From Escherichia phage W143: a stretch of 64,000 bases of DNA. The first letter of the stretch is position 1; every line of letters begins with the position of its first letter. A model generated the notes under the pieces. The model did not search any database. It was not told the origin of the DNA and worked only from the letters and a program-made list of their open reading frames with translations. Location: sequence record MZ189262.1. The stretch is one strand, 5' to 3'. Below, one piece after another: positions 18,672 to 27,213 of this stretch. A program made the translations under genes and the position numbers.

Positions 18672-19157
18672 TTATTCCATTTCTACTATATGCATGTTCT
18701 TTTTGCTATCAAAATATATGTTTTTAACTATTAACTCAGAATTAATTGGCAGTAAAAACTCTCTTTCATAATCTACCATACAAAGATTATCATAAAGCTT
18801 GTTAAGCTTATCATCGTCAGTTTGGCCAGATTCTTCAATTGCGATTAAATTTTCTAAAATGTCAATCATAGCAGTCGAATAGTCGAAAACGTTTGCATTT
18901 TTTAACACTACTAAAACATTAGTCATATAGCGTTCTGCCGCAAACGTTTCAGCTATATGAGACTCACTGCTAAAGGAAGTTATTCTTTTAAATTTGATTC
19001 TCCTATTAACTTCAAACTTATAAGATAACACTTCCTCTATTGTAAGTCCTCTAAAAAGTGTGTCTTTAATCTCAAGTTTGTCTTTAATGTAATCATTAAC
19101 ACGCTTATGATTAAAATCATTAATTTTGTTGCCAAGGCATTGCATTAAAATATGCAT
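18672..19157 (-). CDS. Hypothetical protein (161 aa)
   Basis: ATG with SD GAGGAG; bounded by promoter and terminator. Confidence 0.5.
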   Translation of the reverse strand: MHILMQCLGNKINDFNHKRVNDYIKDKLEIKDTLFRGLTIEEVLSYKFEVNRRIKFKRITSFSSESHIAETFAAERYMTNVLVVLKNANVFDYSTAMIDILENLIAIEESGQTDDDKLNKLYDNLCMVDYEREFLLPINSELIVKNIYFDSKKNMHIVEME

Positions 19158-19203
19158 TGTATTCTCCTCAATTTTTAAAGAGCAATTAATTAACTACACA
19201 TAT

Positions 19204-19233
19204 ATTATAATATGCTTTGCGATAGAAGTAAAC
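19204..19233 (-). promoter_or_regulatory. Early promoter GTTTAC-N18-TATAAT
   Basis: -35 at 19228-19233, -10 at 19204-19209. Confidence 0.6.
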
Positions 19234-19256
19234 AACTTTGTGACGTCATTTTAAAC

Positions 19257-19279
19257 AAAAAAAGGAGCCCGAAGGCTCC
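19257..19279 (-). terminator. Rho-independent terminator (GGAGCC-UUCG-GGCUCC, U7)
   Basis: 6-bp GC stem, UUCG loop, seven U on the minus-strand RNA, just past the stop at 19283. Confidence 0.65.
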
Positions 19280-19282
19280 CTA

Positions 19283-20296
19283 TCATTTATAATAACTTCG
19301 GTGGTTTTCAAGATAAACCCTCTCAAGGAAGTCATCCCAGAAACCCATGTCTACTTTTTGCTGCATACCGTTCTTAGAAGCTTCAATGGATGCTGCTTCT
19401 ACTTGATCGACCACATCTTCCAAAAACTCTTGAACAGTTTTAAATGGATGCTTACCCAACTTCACGTCGAGAATAAATGGAGCATCTTGGAGTGGATAAA
19501 CCAAGTCACCAGTTTTGTAAATTTCCAATAGTTGGAGTCCACCACGACAAGCATGACTCAGAGCTTTCCAGTCAATACCCTCATTAGCTTCAGCCTTACG
19601 AGCGCGTTCACCGTATTCGGCATCAAGTTTATTCAAAGACTGCTTAAGCTCAATAAGAGAAAGCGTTGTCTGATATTTACGACCCAACACAGTATAGAAC
19701 GTTTGCGGGCCTGTTTTCTCATGATTATGGAATACCCATTCACAGAACTCGTTTTCTGGAAGACGATGCTTAATATCTTCAACTTTAGTTCGACGCTGCT
19801 TAATGGAACCGTCTTCTTGGTAATCAACCCATTGCTCAGGGATTTGATTAACTACTTTCAATACATCACGTAATGCGGCCAAACGAGAACCCTTAACACC
19901 ATATTTAGAAGCTTGCTTGCGAACATATCCTAAATAGGATTTCATGTTAGTCGTATAAAAACGAGAACGATTGTCTTGGATAAATTTCCATACATCAGGC
20001 AAATCTGATTTAACCACTAGCTCAGGTGGAGTGTGAAGCATATCCAATGCTACAGTTTCACCATCTGCTGCTAATTTAAAGAAATACTTAAGACTGTATA
20101 GTTCATGGTCAATATCATCTTTAGTGTTTTTAGATGATGTGTTGTTAGTGTTTTTACTCATATGCTCTTTAACATTTCCGATAAGAATATCACGAGCAGG
20201 AGGAACAAAGATTTCTTTAAAATCTACATCAGATTCTGGAGTAGAAGTTCCATAAAGATGACTACCAAAATAGCTTTTCATTACTGTTTTCATCAT
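19283..20296 (-). CDS. Nucleotidyltransferase-fold protein (337 aa)
   Basis: N-terminal YFGSHLYGTSTPESDVDF fits the polymerase-beta-type G[GS]-x9-13-DxD signature. Confidence 0.5.
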   Translation of the reverse strand: MMKTVMKSYFGSHLYGTSTPESDVDFKEIFVPPARDILIGNVKEHMSKNTNNTSSKNTKDDIDHELYSLKYFFKLAADGETVALDMLHTPPELVVKSDLPDVWKFIQDNRSRFYTTNMKSYLGYVRKQASKYGVKGSRLAALRDVLKVVNQIPEQWVDYQEDGSIKQRRTKVEDIKHRLPENEFCEWVFHNHEKTGPQTFYTVLGRKYQTTLSLIELKQSLNKLDAEYGERARKAEANEGIDWKALSHACRGGLQLLEIYKTGDLVYPLQDAPFILDVKLGKHPFKTVQEFLEDVVDQVEAASIEASKNGMQQKVDMGFWDDFLERVYLENHRSYYK

Positions 20297-20754
20297 TCAG
20301 CCTTATATTCAATAACAGGACATACTTTAGCTTTACGGGCTTTTAAAAATTCGACGATAATAGATTTCTTGGGTTGAATAGGAGGTAAACCTTTATACGC
20401 CCTATCAATATTTTCTACATGTAAAGCATAATCCTTTTTCCATTTATAATCTTTATATTTTTCATGCAGTTGTGCAGGAATAACAAATGAACCGATAATA
20501 AGTAAAACAAGCAAAATGGCAAGTATAAATGCTGATGGAATAAGAGTCCATAAACTACCAAAAATAAGCCATTTCTGTATGATTTCTGCGCAGATAATAG
20601 TTAGACCTGCGAGTATAGTACATCCGAAAAAAGAAACGAAAAATGTAGGGATAACAATAGACCAAAAGTATGCACACAGTGTCTTAGGTCGTTTCCATTC
20701 ATCATTAAACATTTTGAATAATTTATAGTGCCAAGAGCTTTCATTAATAATCAT
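20293..20754 (-). CDS. Hypothetical polytopic membrane protein (153 aa)
   Basis: Several hydrophobic segments; 4-nt overlap with downstream gene. Confidence 0.5.
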   Translation of the reverse strand: MIINESSWHYKLFKMFNDEWKRPKTLCAYFWSIVIPTFFVSFFGCTILAGLTIICAEIIQKWLIFGSLWTLIPSAFILAILLVLLIIGSFVIPAQLHEKYKDYKWKKDYALHVENIDRAYKGLPPIQPKKSIIVEFLKARKAKVCPVIEYKAE

Positions 20755-20756
20755 AA

Positions 20757-21278
20757 TTATCCTTTCATTGAAGGTGTAACAGTTGTTAAATACTTAATCA
20801 TAGCTTCAGCTTCTGATTTTGATAATGAAATTTCTCCATTGTTTTGACGAATAGAAATAAAATCCGGATGACGGTCACCACCAGCTTTTAAAACACACAT
20901 ATAAGTATCAGTTTCATCTTCAATATTTGAAATGATTGAAGCAGTTCCACATGAATGCGGTTTTTGATAAATTAATACAGCTTTTCTTCCACCGTTTGAC
21001 TGTTCATAAACTTTTAACACATCAAACAAATCACTTCTTTTATCAATAGCTAAGATGTTGTTTTCATCTTCAATGTTAAATCCTTCGGATACTTCATAAA
21101 GTGTCACCCATAAATCACCTATATCGATAGTAGCATTTACTTTTCCACGGATTTCAAGAGCATGACAAATTTTCTTGATTTCGTCATAACTCATTTTAAT
21201 AATATCATCTCCTTGAATAAGGAAGATGTCATTTTTAAATTCAACACGAATTAAACCGCTTTCACTTGAAATAAACAT
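20757..21278 (-). CDS. Hypothetical protein (173 aa), paralogue of 21285-21851
   Basis: C-terminus ISIRQ...SEAEAMIKYLTTVTPSM aligns with LTIRQ...DEAIALKTYLDSVIPTM in the neighbour. Confidence 0.5.
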   Translation of the reverse strand: MFISSESGLIRVEFKNDIFLIQGDDIIKMSYDEIKKICHALEIRGKVNATIDIGDLWVTLYEVSEGFNIEDENNILAIDKRSDLFDVLKVYEQSNGGRKAVLIYQKPHSCGTASIISNIEDETDTYMCVLKAGGDRHPDFISIRQNNGEISLSKSEAEAMIKYLTTVTPSMKG

Positions 21279-21284
21279 ATTTCC

Positions 21285-21851
21285 TCACTTTGAAATCATA
21301 GTTGGAATGACAGAATCAAGATAAGTCTTTAGCGCAATAGCTTCGTCTTTGGTAAATGTGACAATATGTGATCGAAAATCATCAATTTGACGAATAGTTA
21401 AGACATCTCCCTCTTCATAACATTTTGATACATTTAAAAGAGTTTCATCATTCTGATCGCACTGATCACAAGCGTTAGTAATAATAGCATTGCAATTTTT
21501 AAGCCATTTTAAACTATGTTTTCTTTCATTAGAATAATAAAAATATTTAACGTAAGTTATAAAATTATCCCAATTATTAATTGATAAGCATATTGACTCG
21601 CTTTCAATATTAAATCCTGGGCATAAAGAATAAAAATGAATTTTATGCTCATCATTAATGCTTACAATTTTATCAGTGTAAGGATTTTCAATTTGGGTTA
21701 AATGAATGATTTCACTGGGCGTAAAATACAGCATATCGTCTTCTTGCGTCAAACGATACATATTATTTACTTTTTCTATAGCCAATTCACCAAAAAGTGA
21801 ACTAACTTCTAGTACTAATCGTTTCATATTGATTCTCTTCGACTCACTCAC
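21285..21851 (-). CDS. Hypothetical protein (188 aa), paralogue of 20757-21278
   Basis: Shared C-terminal motif; GTG start with AGGAG 9 nt upstream. Confidence 0.5.
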   Translation of the reverse strand: MSESKRINMKRLVLEVSSLFGELAIEKVNNMYRLTQEDDMLYFTPSEIIHLTQIENPYTDKIVSINDEHKIHFYSLCPGFNIESESICLSINNWDNFITYVKYFYYSNERKHSLKWLKNCNAIITNACDQCDQNDETLLNVSKCYEEGDVLTIRQIDDFRSHIVTFTKDEAIALKTYLDSVIPTMISK

Positions 21852-21853
21852 AA

Positions 21854-21958
21854 TTACATACTCCTTTGAATAATATCAATAATGTTGTTCACAAGATTAT
21901 AAGTAAACATTGGGTAATTATATTGAATCATCACATACACAACAAACAAAACTTTCAT
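21854..21958 (-). CDS. Small hydrophobic ORF (34 aa), not in the ORF track
   Basis: ATG 21958 with SD AAGGAG, about 25 nt downstream of the promoter at 21987-22016. Confidence 0.25.
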   Translation of the reverse strand: MKVLFVVYVMIQYNYPMFTYNLVNNIIDIIQRSM

Positions 21959-21986
21959 TCTCTTCTCCTTGGCAGTTGACAAGATT

Positions 21987-22016
21987 ACTATACCATAACC
22001 TTGCCAACTTGTAAAC
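21987..22016 (-). promoter_or_regulatory. Early promoter GTTTACA-N17-TATAGT
   Basis: -35 at 22011-22016, -10 at 21987-21992. Confidence 0.5.
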
Positions 22017-22018
22017 TG

Positions 22019-22192
22019 TTAAATGACGTTTTCAATAAAATTCTGGAGTTTTGTGTGAGCATCAACCATGATTTTCATTTCTTCCTTTGCGAAAGCTGTA
22101 CCTCTTTCCCGAGAAGAACACTCATAGTCAGAAACTGCATTAGCATATTCTTCAATTAGCTTCATTAAAAACATCTGCTTTTCAGTTTTCAT
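22019..22192 (-). CDS. Small ORF (57 aa), not in the ORF track
   Basis: ATG 22192 with SD AGGTGG; hand-translated with no internal stop. Confidence 0.35.
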   Translation of the reverse strand: MKTEKQMFLMKLIEEYANAVSDYECSSRERGTAFAKEEMKIMVDAHTKLQNFIENVI

Positions 22193-22376
22193 TATTCCAC
22201 CTAATCATTTCAAGATATTGAACTAACTTAGCTTTGGATTTATCCAAATCCTTTTTAGCTGCTGCTATACCTTCGTATGAATATCCTTCACAGTGCTCAA
22301 CTGCTAATTGATATGAATCTATTTCAACATCACGTGCTAATTTAATGATTTTTTCAAACTGTTCGTGTGTCAGCAT
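22182..22376 (-). CDS. Hypothetical protein (64 aa)
   Basis: ORF, compact arrangement. Confidence 0.4.
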   Translation of the reverse strand: MLTHEQFEKIIKLARDVEIDSYQLAVEHCEGYSYEGIAAAKKDLDKSKAKLVQYLEMIRWNNEN

Positions 22377-22378
22377 AC

Positions 22379-22618
22379 TTAAACTCTCGTATTGTGATCG
22401 ATAATTTCATCAAGAAACATATCTAAAGCTTCTACAGCATTATCAACTTTAGCTTCAAATTCTTCAATACCTTTATTTGCAATGCCTGACGAAAACCAAG
22501 CAAAGTCACTAAGTTCCTCATCTGCTTTGCGAATTAAAGCTACCAATTCTTTAATTTTATCTGCTTGTTCGATACTAATCATTATTCCACCACATATGAA
22601 AGAGAGAATATTGCACAC
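22379..22618 (-). CDS. Hypothetical acidic protein (79 aa)
   Basis: ORF. Confidence 0.45.
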   Translation of the reverse strand: MCNILSFICGGIMISIEQADKIKELVALIRKADEELSDFAWFSSGIANKGIEEFEAKVDNAVEALDMFLDEIIDHNTRV

Positions 22619-22770
22619 GCCATATGAGTTGCAGCTTCATCACACATATCATAACGTTTCTTAAGAAGTTCTACAAGTTCTTCACTAGTAACTTCATCCA
22701 TGTCGACGAAAAAATCACCATTAATGATGACGTAGATATTTCCTTCTTGATTAAGTGCTTCAATTTTCAT
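22582..22770 (-). CDS. Hypothetical protein (62 aa)
   Basis: Track start at 22815 lies in the promoter; ATG 22770 follows GAGGAGAACATC. Confidence 0.45.
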   Translation of the reverse strand: MKIEALNQEGNIYVIINGDFFVDMDEVTSEELVELLKKRYDMCDEAATHMACAIFSLSYVVE

Positions 22771-22798
22771 GATGTTCTCCTCTTTATCCGATGGTTGT

Positions 22799-22828
22799 AT
22801 AGTATCACAGCTCAAATGGAAAGTAAAC
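22799..22828 (-). promoter_or_regulatory. Early promoter GTTTAC-N18-TACTAT
   Basis: -35 at 22823-22828, -10 at 22799-22804. Confidence 0.55.
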
Positions 22829-22838
22829 CGGTAAAATG

Positions 22839-22860
22839 AAAAAAGTCTCCCGAAGGAGAC
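22839..22860 (-). terminator. Rho-independent terminator (GUCUCC-UUCG-GGAGAC, U6)
   Basis: Just past the stop of the 128-aa gene at 22866. Confidence 0.65.
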
Positions 22861-22865
22861 TAATG

Positions 22866-23252
22866 TTATTCGAGGGAAAGAAGATACTTACTCTGGTAAA
22901 ACATTCCAGTAATATCATCTATCGTGCTTTGAATGGCTGGAGGCATTTCTTTGTAAATGCTGTTAGATTGGTCTAGTATACGATCAATCATTTTAATTGT
23001 GTCGGTAGGAAGTTTACTAGCATCTGGAATTGAAGGTGTGTATTTTCTACCAGAATACCCCAAATACTGCTCACCAAATTTATCAATCAAATCTGGCAAC
23101 TCAGAGAAAATAAAATCGTATGCTTTGTGTCTAGCATAACTTTTAGTTTCAAAATGCGCAGAATGAAAATAAGCTTGCGCAGCCATTAATAAACCTAAGT
23201 ATTCATCTGCCTTTGAAGGTTTTCCACTTTGTGAAAAGTCGCTGAATTTCAT
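22866..23252 (-). CDS. Hypothetical protein (128 aa), position of T4 rI.-1
   Basis: ORF with 4-nt overlap with the rI stop. Confidence 0.5.
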   Translation of the reverse strand: MKFSDFSQSGKPSKADEYLGLLMAAQAYFHSAHFETKSYARHKAYDFIFSELPDLIDKFGEQYLGYSGRKYTPSIPDASKLPTDTIKMIDRILDQSNSIYKEMPPAIQSTIDDITGMFYQSKYLLSLE

Positions 23253-23542
23253 TCAGTCTCCAATTTAATGTTCATAATTCTAGCGTATGATTGTGCCATC
23301 TCCGCGCCTCGTTCTATACATTCAAAATCGGAAGAGCACGGGTCATTTTTATAGGTTGTTCGCATGAAACTATAGAACTGTTCAGATGATTCTACGCTTT
23401 TATTTTCAAAAAGCATATAAACATGTCTAATACCAGATTCCATAAATTTATCAAAATGAGGATCGACATTCGCTTCAATCGGCGGAGATAAAACAAACGC
23501 TAATCCTAGCATGGCGAATAATGCCGCTGCTTTTAAGGCCAT
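23249..23542 (-). CDS. rI: Lysis-inhibition regulator rI
   Basis: 97 aa; N-terminal signal-anchor MALKAAALFAMLGLAFVL; matches my recollection of T4 RI. Confidence 0.85.
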   Translation of the reverse strand: MALKAAALFAMLGLAFVLSPPIEANVDPHFDKFMESGIRHVYMLFENKSVESSEQFYSFMRTTYKNDPCSSDFECIERGAEMAQSYARIMNIKLETE

Positions 23543-23554
23543 AAAGGCCTCCTA

Positions 23555-23767
23555 TCATTTTTGTCCTGTATTTACTTTATGCCGATGCACGGCCTTAACT
23601 TTATCAAGGTATTTTTCAAAATTTCGCAATCTAGTATAGTCTGCCGGAGATTGGTTGAGTGATACTTCTCGACGCAAAGCTGAAATGATATTTCCAACTT
23701 CCCTACGAATTTCATCTAATTGAAGAACAGTAAGATTGCGAAGTTGCTTTTCAGTTAATTGTAGCAT
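23555..23767 (-). CDS. Hypothetical protein (70 aa)
   Basis: ORF between tk and rI. Confidence 0.45.
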
Positions 23768-23809
23768 ATATACCCCTTTAGTTAGATAAACCTATTTATA
23801 ACTTTTGCA

Positions 23810-24391
23810 CTAACCGAGCTTTTTAGTTAATTCATTCCAATGTTTTCTACACAAAGAAACATAAATTTCATCACCAATACAAATTTGATTACCTTCTTTA
23901 ACTGGTGTTCCATCTTCCATTAATCGAGCTGTCATAATCGCTTTTTTACCACAATGACAAACTGCCTTCAGTTCAATAAGTTTATCTGCAATCGCCAAAA
24001 GTTCTTTAGAACCTTCAAATAATTTTCCAGCGAAATCAGTCCTTAGTCCATAAGCCATAACAGGAACATTATATGTATCGACAATTCGGCTTAATTGATG
24101 TACCTGTTCAGTTTTTAAAAACTGAGCTTCATCTACAAATACACAATGAATATCTTTTTGCGCTTCAGCCCATTTATAGAACTCAAAAATATCCATATCA
24201 TCCGTAATAATATTCGCTTCCTGTTTAATTCCAATGCGAGAAACGACTTCGCAGACAGAATCGCGAGTATCAATAGCAGGCTTAAGAACTAATACACTCA
24301 TTCCACGTTCTTTATAATTATGTGCAGCAGTCAAAAGAGAAGCAGATTTTCCAGCATTCATTGCTGCATAAGTAAAAATTAAACTCGCCAT
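23810..24391 (-). CDS. tk: Thymidine kinase
   Basis: 193 aa; P-loop AAMNAGKS; C-terminal cysteine cluster CHCGKK...CRKH. Confidence 0.9.
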   Translation of the reverse strand: MASLIFTYAAMNAGKSASLLTAAHNYKERGMSVLVLKPAIDTRDSVCEVVSRIGIKQEANIITDDMDIFEFYKWAEAQKDIHCVFVDEAQFLKTEQVHQLSRIVDTYNVPVMAYGLRTDFAGKLFEGSKELLAIADKLIELKAVCHCGKKAIMTARLMEDGTPVKEGNQICIGDEIYVSLCRKHWNELTKKLG

Positions 24392-24392
24392 C

Positions 24393-24581
24393 TTAGTCCT
24401 TAGTTAAATTTTCTAAATATGTTTCTAAATCATTTTCAGCTTTATCGATAGATTTTACTAATTCGTAATATGTTTCGGCATCTCCATATTCAGAAGATAT
24501 TTCAAAAGACAAATCCTTTTCTAAACTAACAATTTCACTAACTAAAAATAATATTTCGTTCTTTTGTTCGCGAGTAATCAT
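24393..24581 (-). CDS. Hypothetical acidic protein (62 aa)
   Basis: Resembles the adjacent 61-aa ORF (paralogous pair). Confidence 0.45.
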   Translation of the reverse strand: MITREQKNEILFLVSEIVSLEKDLSFEISSEYGDAETYYELVKSIDKAENDLETYLENLTKD

Positions 24582-24763
24582 AATGAATTTATATAATCAA
24601 TGAGTTCTTGTTCTTTATTATCGAATTCTTTAGAAAGTTCTTCGTACTCGTTTGCACTAAAAGGACCGCATTCATTACAAACTTTTTCCAATTCGCTATT
24701 TTTATCCATAACTTCGTGGATAAGAGAAAAGAGTTTGTCTTTTTGTTCTTTACTCAGACTCAT
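24578..24763 (-). CDS. Hypothetical acidic protein (61 aa)
   Basis: Paralogue of 24393-24581. Confidence 0.45.
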   Translation of the reverse strand: MSLSKEQKDKLFSLIHEVMDKNSELEKVCNECGPFSANEYEELSKEFDNKEQELIDYINSL

Positions 24764-24933
24764 ATATTAAATCCCAGAAGTTTTAAGATAATTCGCTTTT
24801 GCTTAAATATTTCCATCGTTAAATGATCAATATCTTTTTGACCAATTCCAATAGCAAAACCCTTATTTACGGCAAGTTCAATTAAATTATCAATATTGCG
24901 TAAAACTTCATAACGTAACTCAAAATTATTCAT
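24760..24933 (-). CDS. Small ORF (57 aa), not in the ORF track
   Basis: ATG 24933 with SD AAGGTGA; ATGA-type overlaps at both ends; hand-translated. Confidence 0.4.
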   Translation of the reverse strand: MNNFELRYEVLRNIDNLIELAVNKGFAIGIGQKDIDHLTMEIFKQKRIILKLLGFNI

Positions 24934-25157
24934 TTTGGTTCACCTTCTTTAACGAAATCCGGATAAGGATTAAATCCAGAATAAAATCCTTCACCTTTAT
25001 GATTGCTACAACCCTTGTTCGAGCAATAGCACCAATAATCAAAATCACAAGCCATTTCGTCATTGCATAAAGCAAAAACTACAGGCCATTCGCATTTTTC
25101 ACATTTAGCGCCTAGAAGAATTTTTGTTTGACTCATAACCACGTTACCTGCATACAA
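24930..25157 (-). CDS. Hypothetical cysteine-rich protein (75 aa)
   Basis: CEKCEW...C..C..C.C...C pattern suggests zinc binding. Confidence 0.5.
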   Translation of the reverse strand: MYAGNVVMSQTKILLGAKCEKCEWPVVFALCNDEMACDFDYWCYCSNKGCSNHKGEGFYSGFNPYPDFVKEGEPK

Positions 25158-25360
25158 TATTCTTCAACATGCTTTTTACGACCTTTCTTATCGATAAAGG
25201 TGTATTCCATAAAGCGACCAAGATATCGTCTTTCAACGTTATGAGGAGTATTAATAGGACACTTAGTCTGGCGAATTTCTTCCCATTCACGAATAATGAC
25301 TGCTTTATTCTTTGGGTCATACGGATGTGGATAATGTATATTCATAATAACGGTTCCCAA
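25133..25360 (-). CDS. Hypothetical protein (75 aa)
   Basis: ORF. Confidence 0.45.
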   Translation of the reverse strand: MGTVIMNIHYPHPYDPKNKAVIIREWEEIRQTKCPINTPHNVERRYLGRFMEYTFIDKKGRKKHVEEYCMQVTWL

Positions 25361-25809
25361 TTAACAATCACAATTTCTAATTTAGAGGAATATGTATCTA
25401 AAATCCCCTCAATAATATCCCAGTTCCCTTTACCTATGCCTGCACCAATCCTAGGCATATAGATTGTAGGTTTAATCAGTTTATTTTCACCAAACTCATT
25501 TAATTCTAACATACAATTCATTAAAGCGGAATACTCAAAATTTGGCCCTGGTTGAAATTGAGTATAAAGATTGAAGCAGTAAGCTTTATGAGTCCTAAAG
25601 TATTTTTCATAGACTGAGTAAAAACCGAGTTTAGTTACATCGCCCCATTCTGTCTGTAATTTATCAGCTTCCAAAATTTTAGGGAAAGCTTTGGTTAATT
25701 GACCCGCTACGCCTGAACCCATAGTATGAAAACAATTGCATCCATGCGCAATATTTTTACCTTCAGCGAAAAGGGCGACAATATCGCCCTTGATATATTT
25801 TACAATCAT
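25342..25809 (-). CDS. Macro-domain-like protein (ADP-ribose binding/processing), 155 aa
   Basis: GDIV..AHGCNC..MGSGVAGQ and PRIGAGIGKG resemble the two glycine-rich macro-domain loops. Confidence 0.55.
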   Translation of the reverse strand: MIVKYIKGDIVALFAEGKNIAHGCNCFHTMGSGVAGQLTKAFPKILEADKLQTEWGDVTKLGFYSVYEKYFRTHKAYCFNLYTQFQPGPNFEYSALMNCMLELNEFGENKLIKPTIYMPRIGAGIGKGNWDIIEGILDTYSSKLEIVIVNWEPLL

Positions 25810-26147
25810 CTAGTACTCAATCCTCGATTATAAGAATCTACCAAACGGTCAACCATTGAATGACAAGCGGCTTTATCTTTCTCCTCCGCAACTGAACATT
25901 CTAAGGTATTCCACTTTTTAGCATATCGTTTTAACAATGTATCATTTTTATATCTGCTTGATTTATCTCTTTCTCCGTCTTTATATGCATATATTAATTT
26001 CTGCGCAAATTCAGCTTGGCATGCTTTATTTTTCCCGCAATAATCCGCGGCAGTACGGTTTACATACTCTCTAATTTCAGTATATGATGTATTTGCTAAC
26101 GCAGAAAATGAAATTAATCCTACACATAAAACCAAAATTTTAGTCAT
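25806..26147 (-). CDS. Secreted cysteine-containing protein (113 aa)
   Basis: N-terminal signal peptide MTKILVLCVGLISFSALA, four cysteines. Confidence 0.5.
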   Translation of the reverse strand: MTKILVLCVGLISFSALANTSYTEIREYVNRTAADYCGKNKACQAEFAQKLIYAYKDGERDKSSRYKNDTLLKRYAKKWNTLECSVAEEKDKAACHSMVDRLVDSYNRGLSTR

Positions 26148-26685
26148 TTACTATTTCCAACAGTTTATTATTTTTAAGGTAGTTAGCCTTTTCTAGGACT
26201 TCAGAAGCATATTTAGAACCTGCTTTAACATTCCATCCCGAATTATAAGAGGATATTGCCTTTCTTATATCGCCCTTATGTATATTTAACCAATAAGAAA
26301 GTTCAATGTACGCCCAGGAAGCTGAATTGGACCGTTTATTCAACATTCTTTTTATTTCGGCATCGGTCATATTATAACCAAGTTCCTTAACTCTTGCTCG
26401 CATTGTCGGCAAATAATTTTGGAACATTCCATAGGCATGATGCTTTGGTTTAGATTTTAAATTAACTCCGGCAGAGCTTTCTTGCCATAAAATAGCAGCC
26501 ATTATATGACCTAATCCGCTCTTGTGGATATTTTTGTGTGTTTTATATTTTCCATCCTTAGAAAATTGTTCCCCGAATTGATACGCGTAACGCATGTTAT
26601 CGAGTTGGACATTACTGAAAGTATGCTCGGAGCTATGTGCCATCATAGAAATGGCCAATAGACCAGCGAGTAGTGCTTTTCTCAT
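26140..26685 (-). CDS. Secreted lytic transglycosylase-like protein (181 aa)
   Basis: Signal peptide MRKALLAGLLAISMMAHS; motifs WQESS, AYGMFQ, YNSG. Confidence 0.6.
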   Translation of the reverse strand: MRKALLAGLLAISMMAHSSEHTFSNVQLDNMRYAYQFGEQFSKDGKYKTHKNIHKSGLGHIMAAILWQESSAGVNLKSKPKHHAYGMFQNYLPTMRARVKELGYNMTDAEIKRMLNKRSNSASWAYIELSYWLNIHKGDIRKAISSYNSGWNVKAGSKYASEVLEKANYLKNNKLLEIVND

Positions 26686-26692
26686 GCTTACC

Positions 26693-27154
26693 TCATTGAG
26701 TTTTAATTACTGCTTTAGAAGCCTTTCCTGGTAAACGACGACTGTTGATAATTGCCATCCTGCACTGAAGTGACGGGTCTTTGAACTTCGCATTAGGTTT
26801 ACAAACTGTAAATCCAAGCCAAAGATTTCCATCTGTGATTTCTAAACGTCCAGGACGATATTCAACCCCATCAATAAAATCCTCATCAATGTCAGGACGT
26901 GGAGGCATACTCAGGAATTCATTAACTTCTAAAACGTGGTCTTTTATTTTATGGAATAATTCAAAAACATATGTCTCATCAATCTCCCGTTGAATTGCAC
27001 GATCAAGAAGATGCTGAGAATATTTTAGATGAAACGATGAGACCCCTGCTGCTTTTGATGCCTCACGAATCTCATTGTTAATTTGGCGAAACTCCGACTC
27101 AAAGTGACGACGGAGCTTATTTCGACGGATAAAAACTTCTGTGTTGATAGTCAT
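26693..27154 (-). CDS. regB: Endoribonuclease RegB
   Basis: 153 aa starting MTINTEVFIRRNKLRRHFESEF, matches my recollection of T4 RegB. Confidence 0.85.
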   Translation of the reverse strand: MTINTEVFIRRNKLRRHFESEFRQINNEIREASKAAGVSSFHLKYSQHLLDRAIQREIDETYVFELFHKIKDHVLEVNEFLSMPPRPDIDEDFIDGVEYRPGRLEITDGNLWLGFTVCKPNAKFKDPSLQCRMAIINSRRLPGKASKAVIKTQ

Positions 27155-27181
27155 GTTATTCTCCTCTTAACTGATAGAAAA

Positions 27182-27211
27182 ATTATACCATAGTCAAGAG
27201 GAAAAGTAAAC
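27182..27211 (-). promoter_or_regulatory. Early promoter GTTTAC-N18-TATAAT upstream of regB
   Basis: -35 at 27206-27211, -10 at 27182-27187. Confidence 0.6.
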
Positions 27212-27213
27212 AG

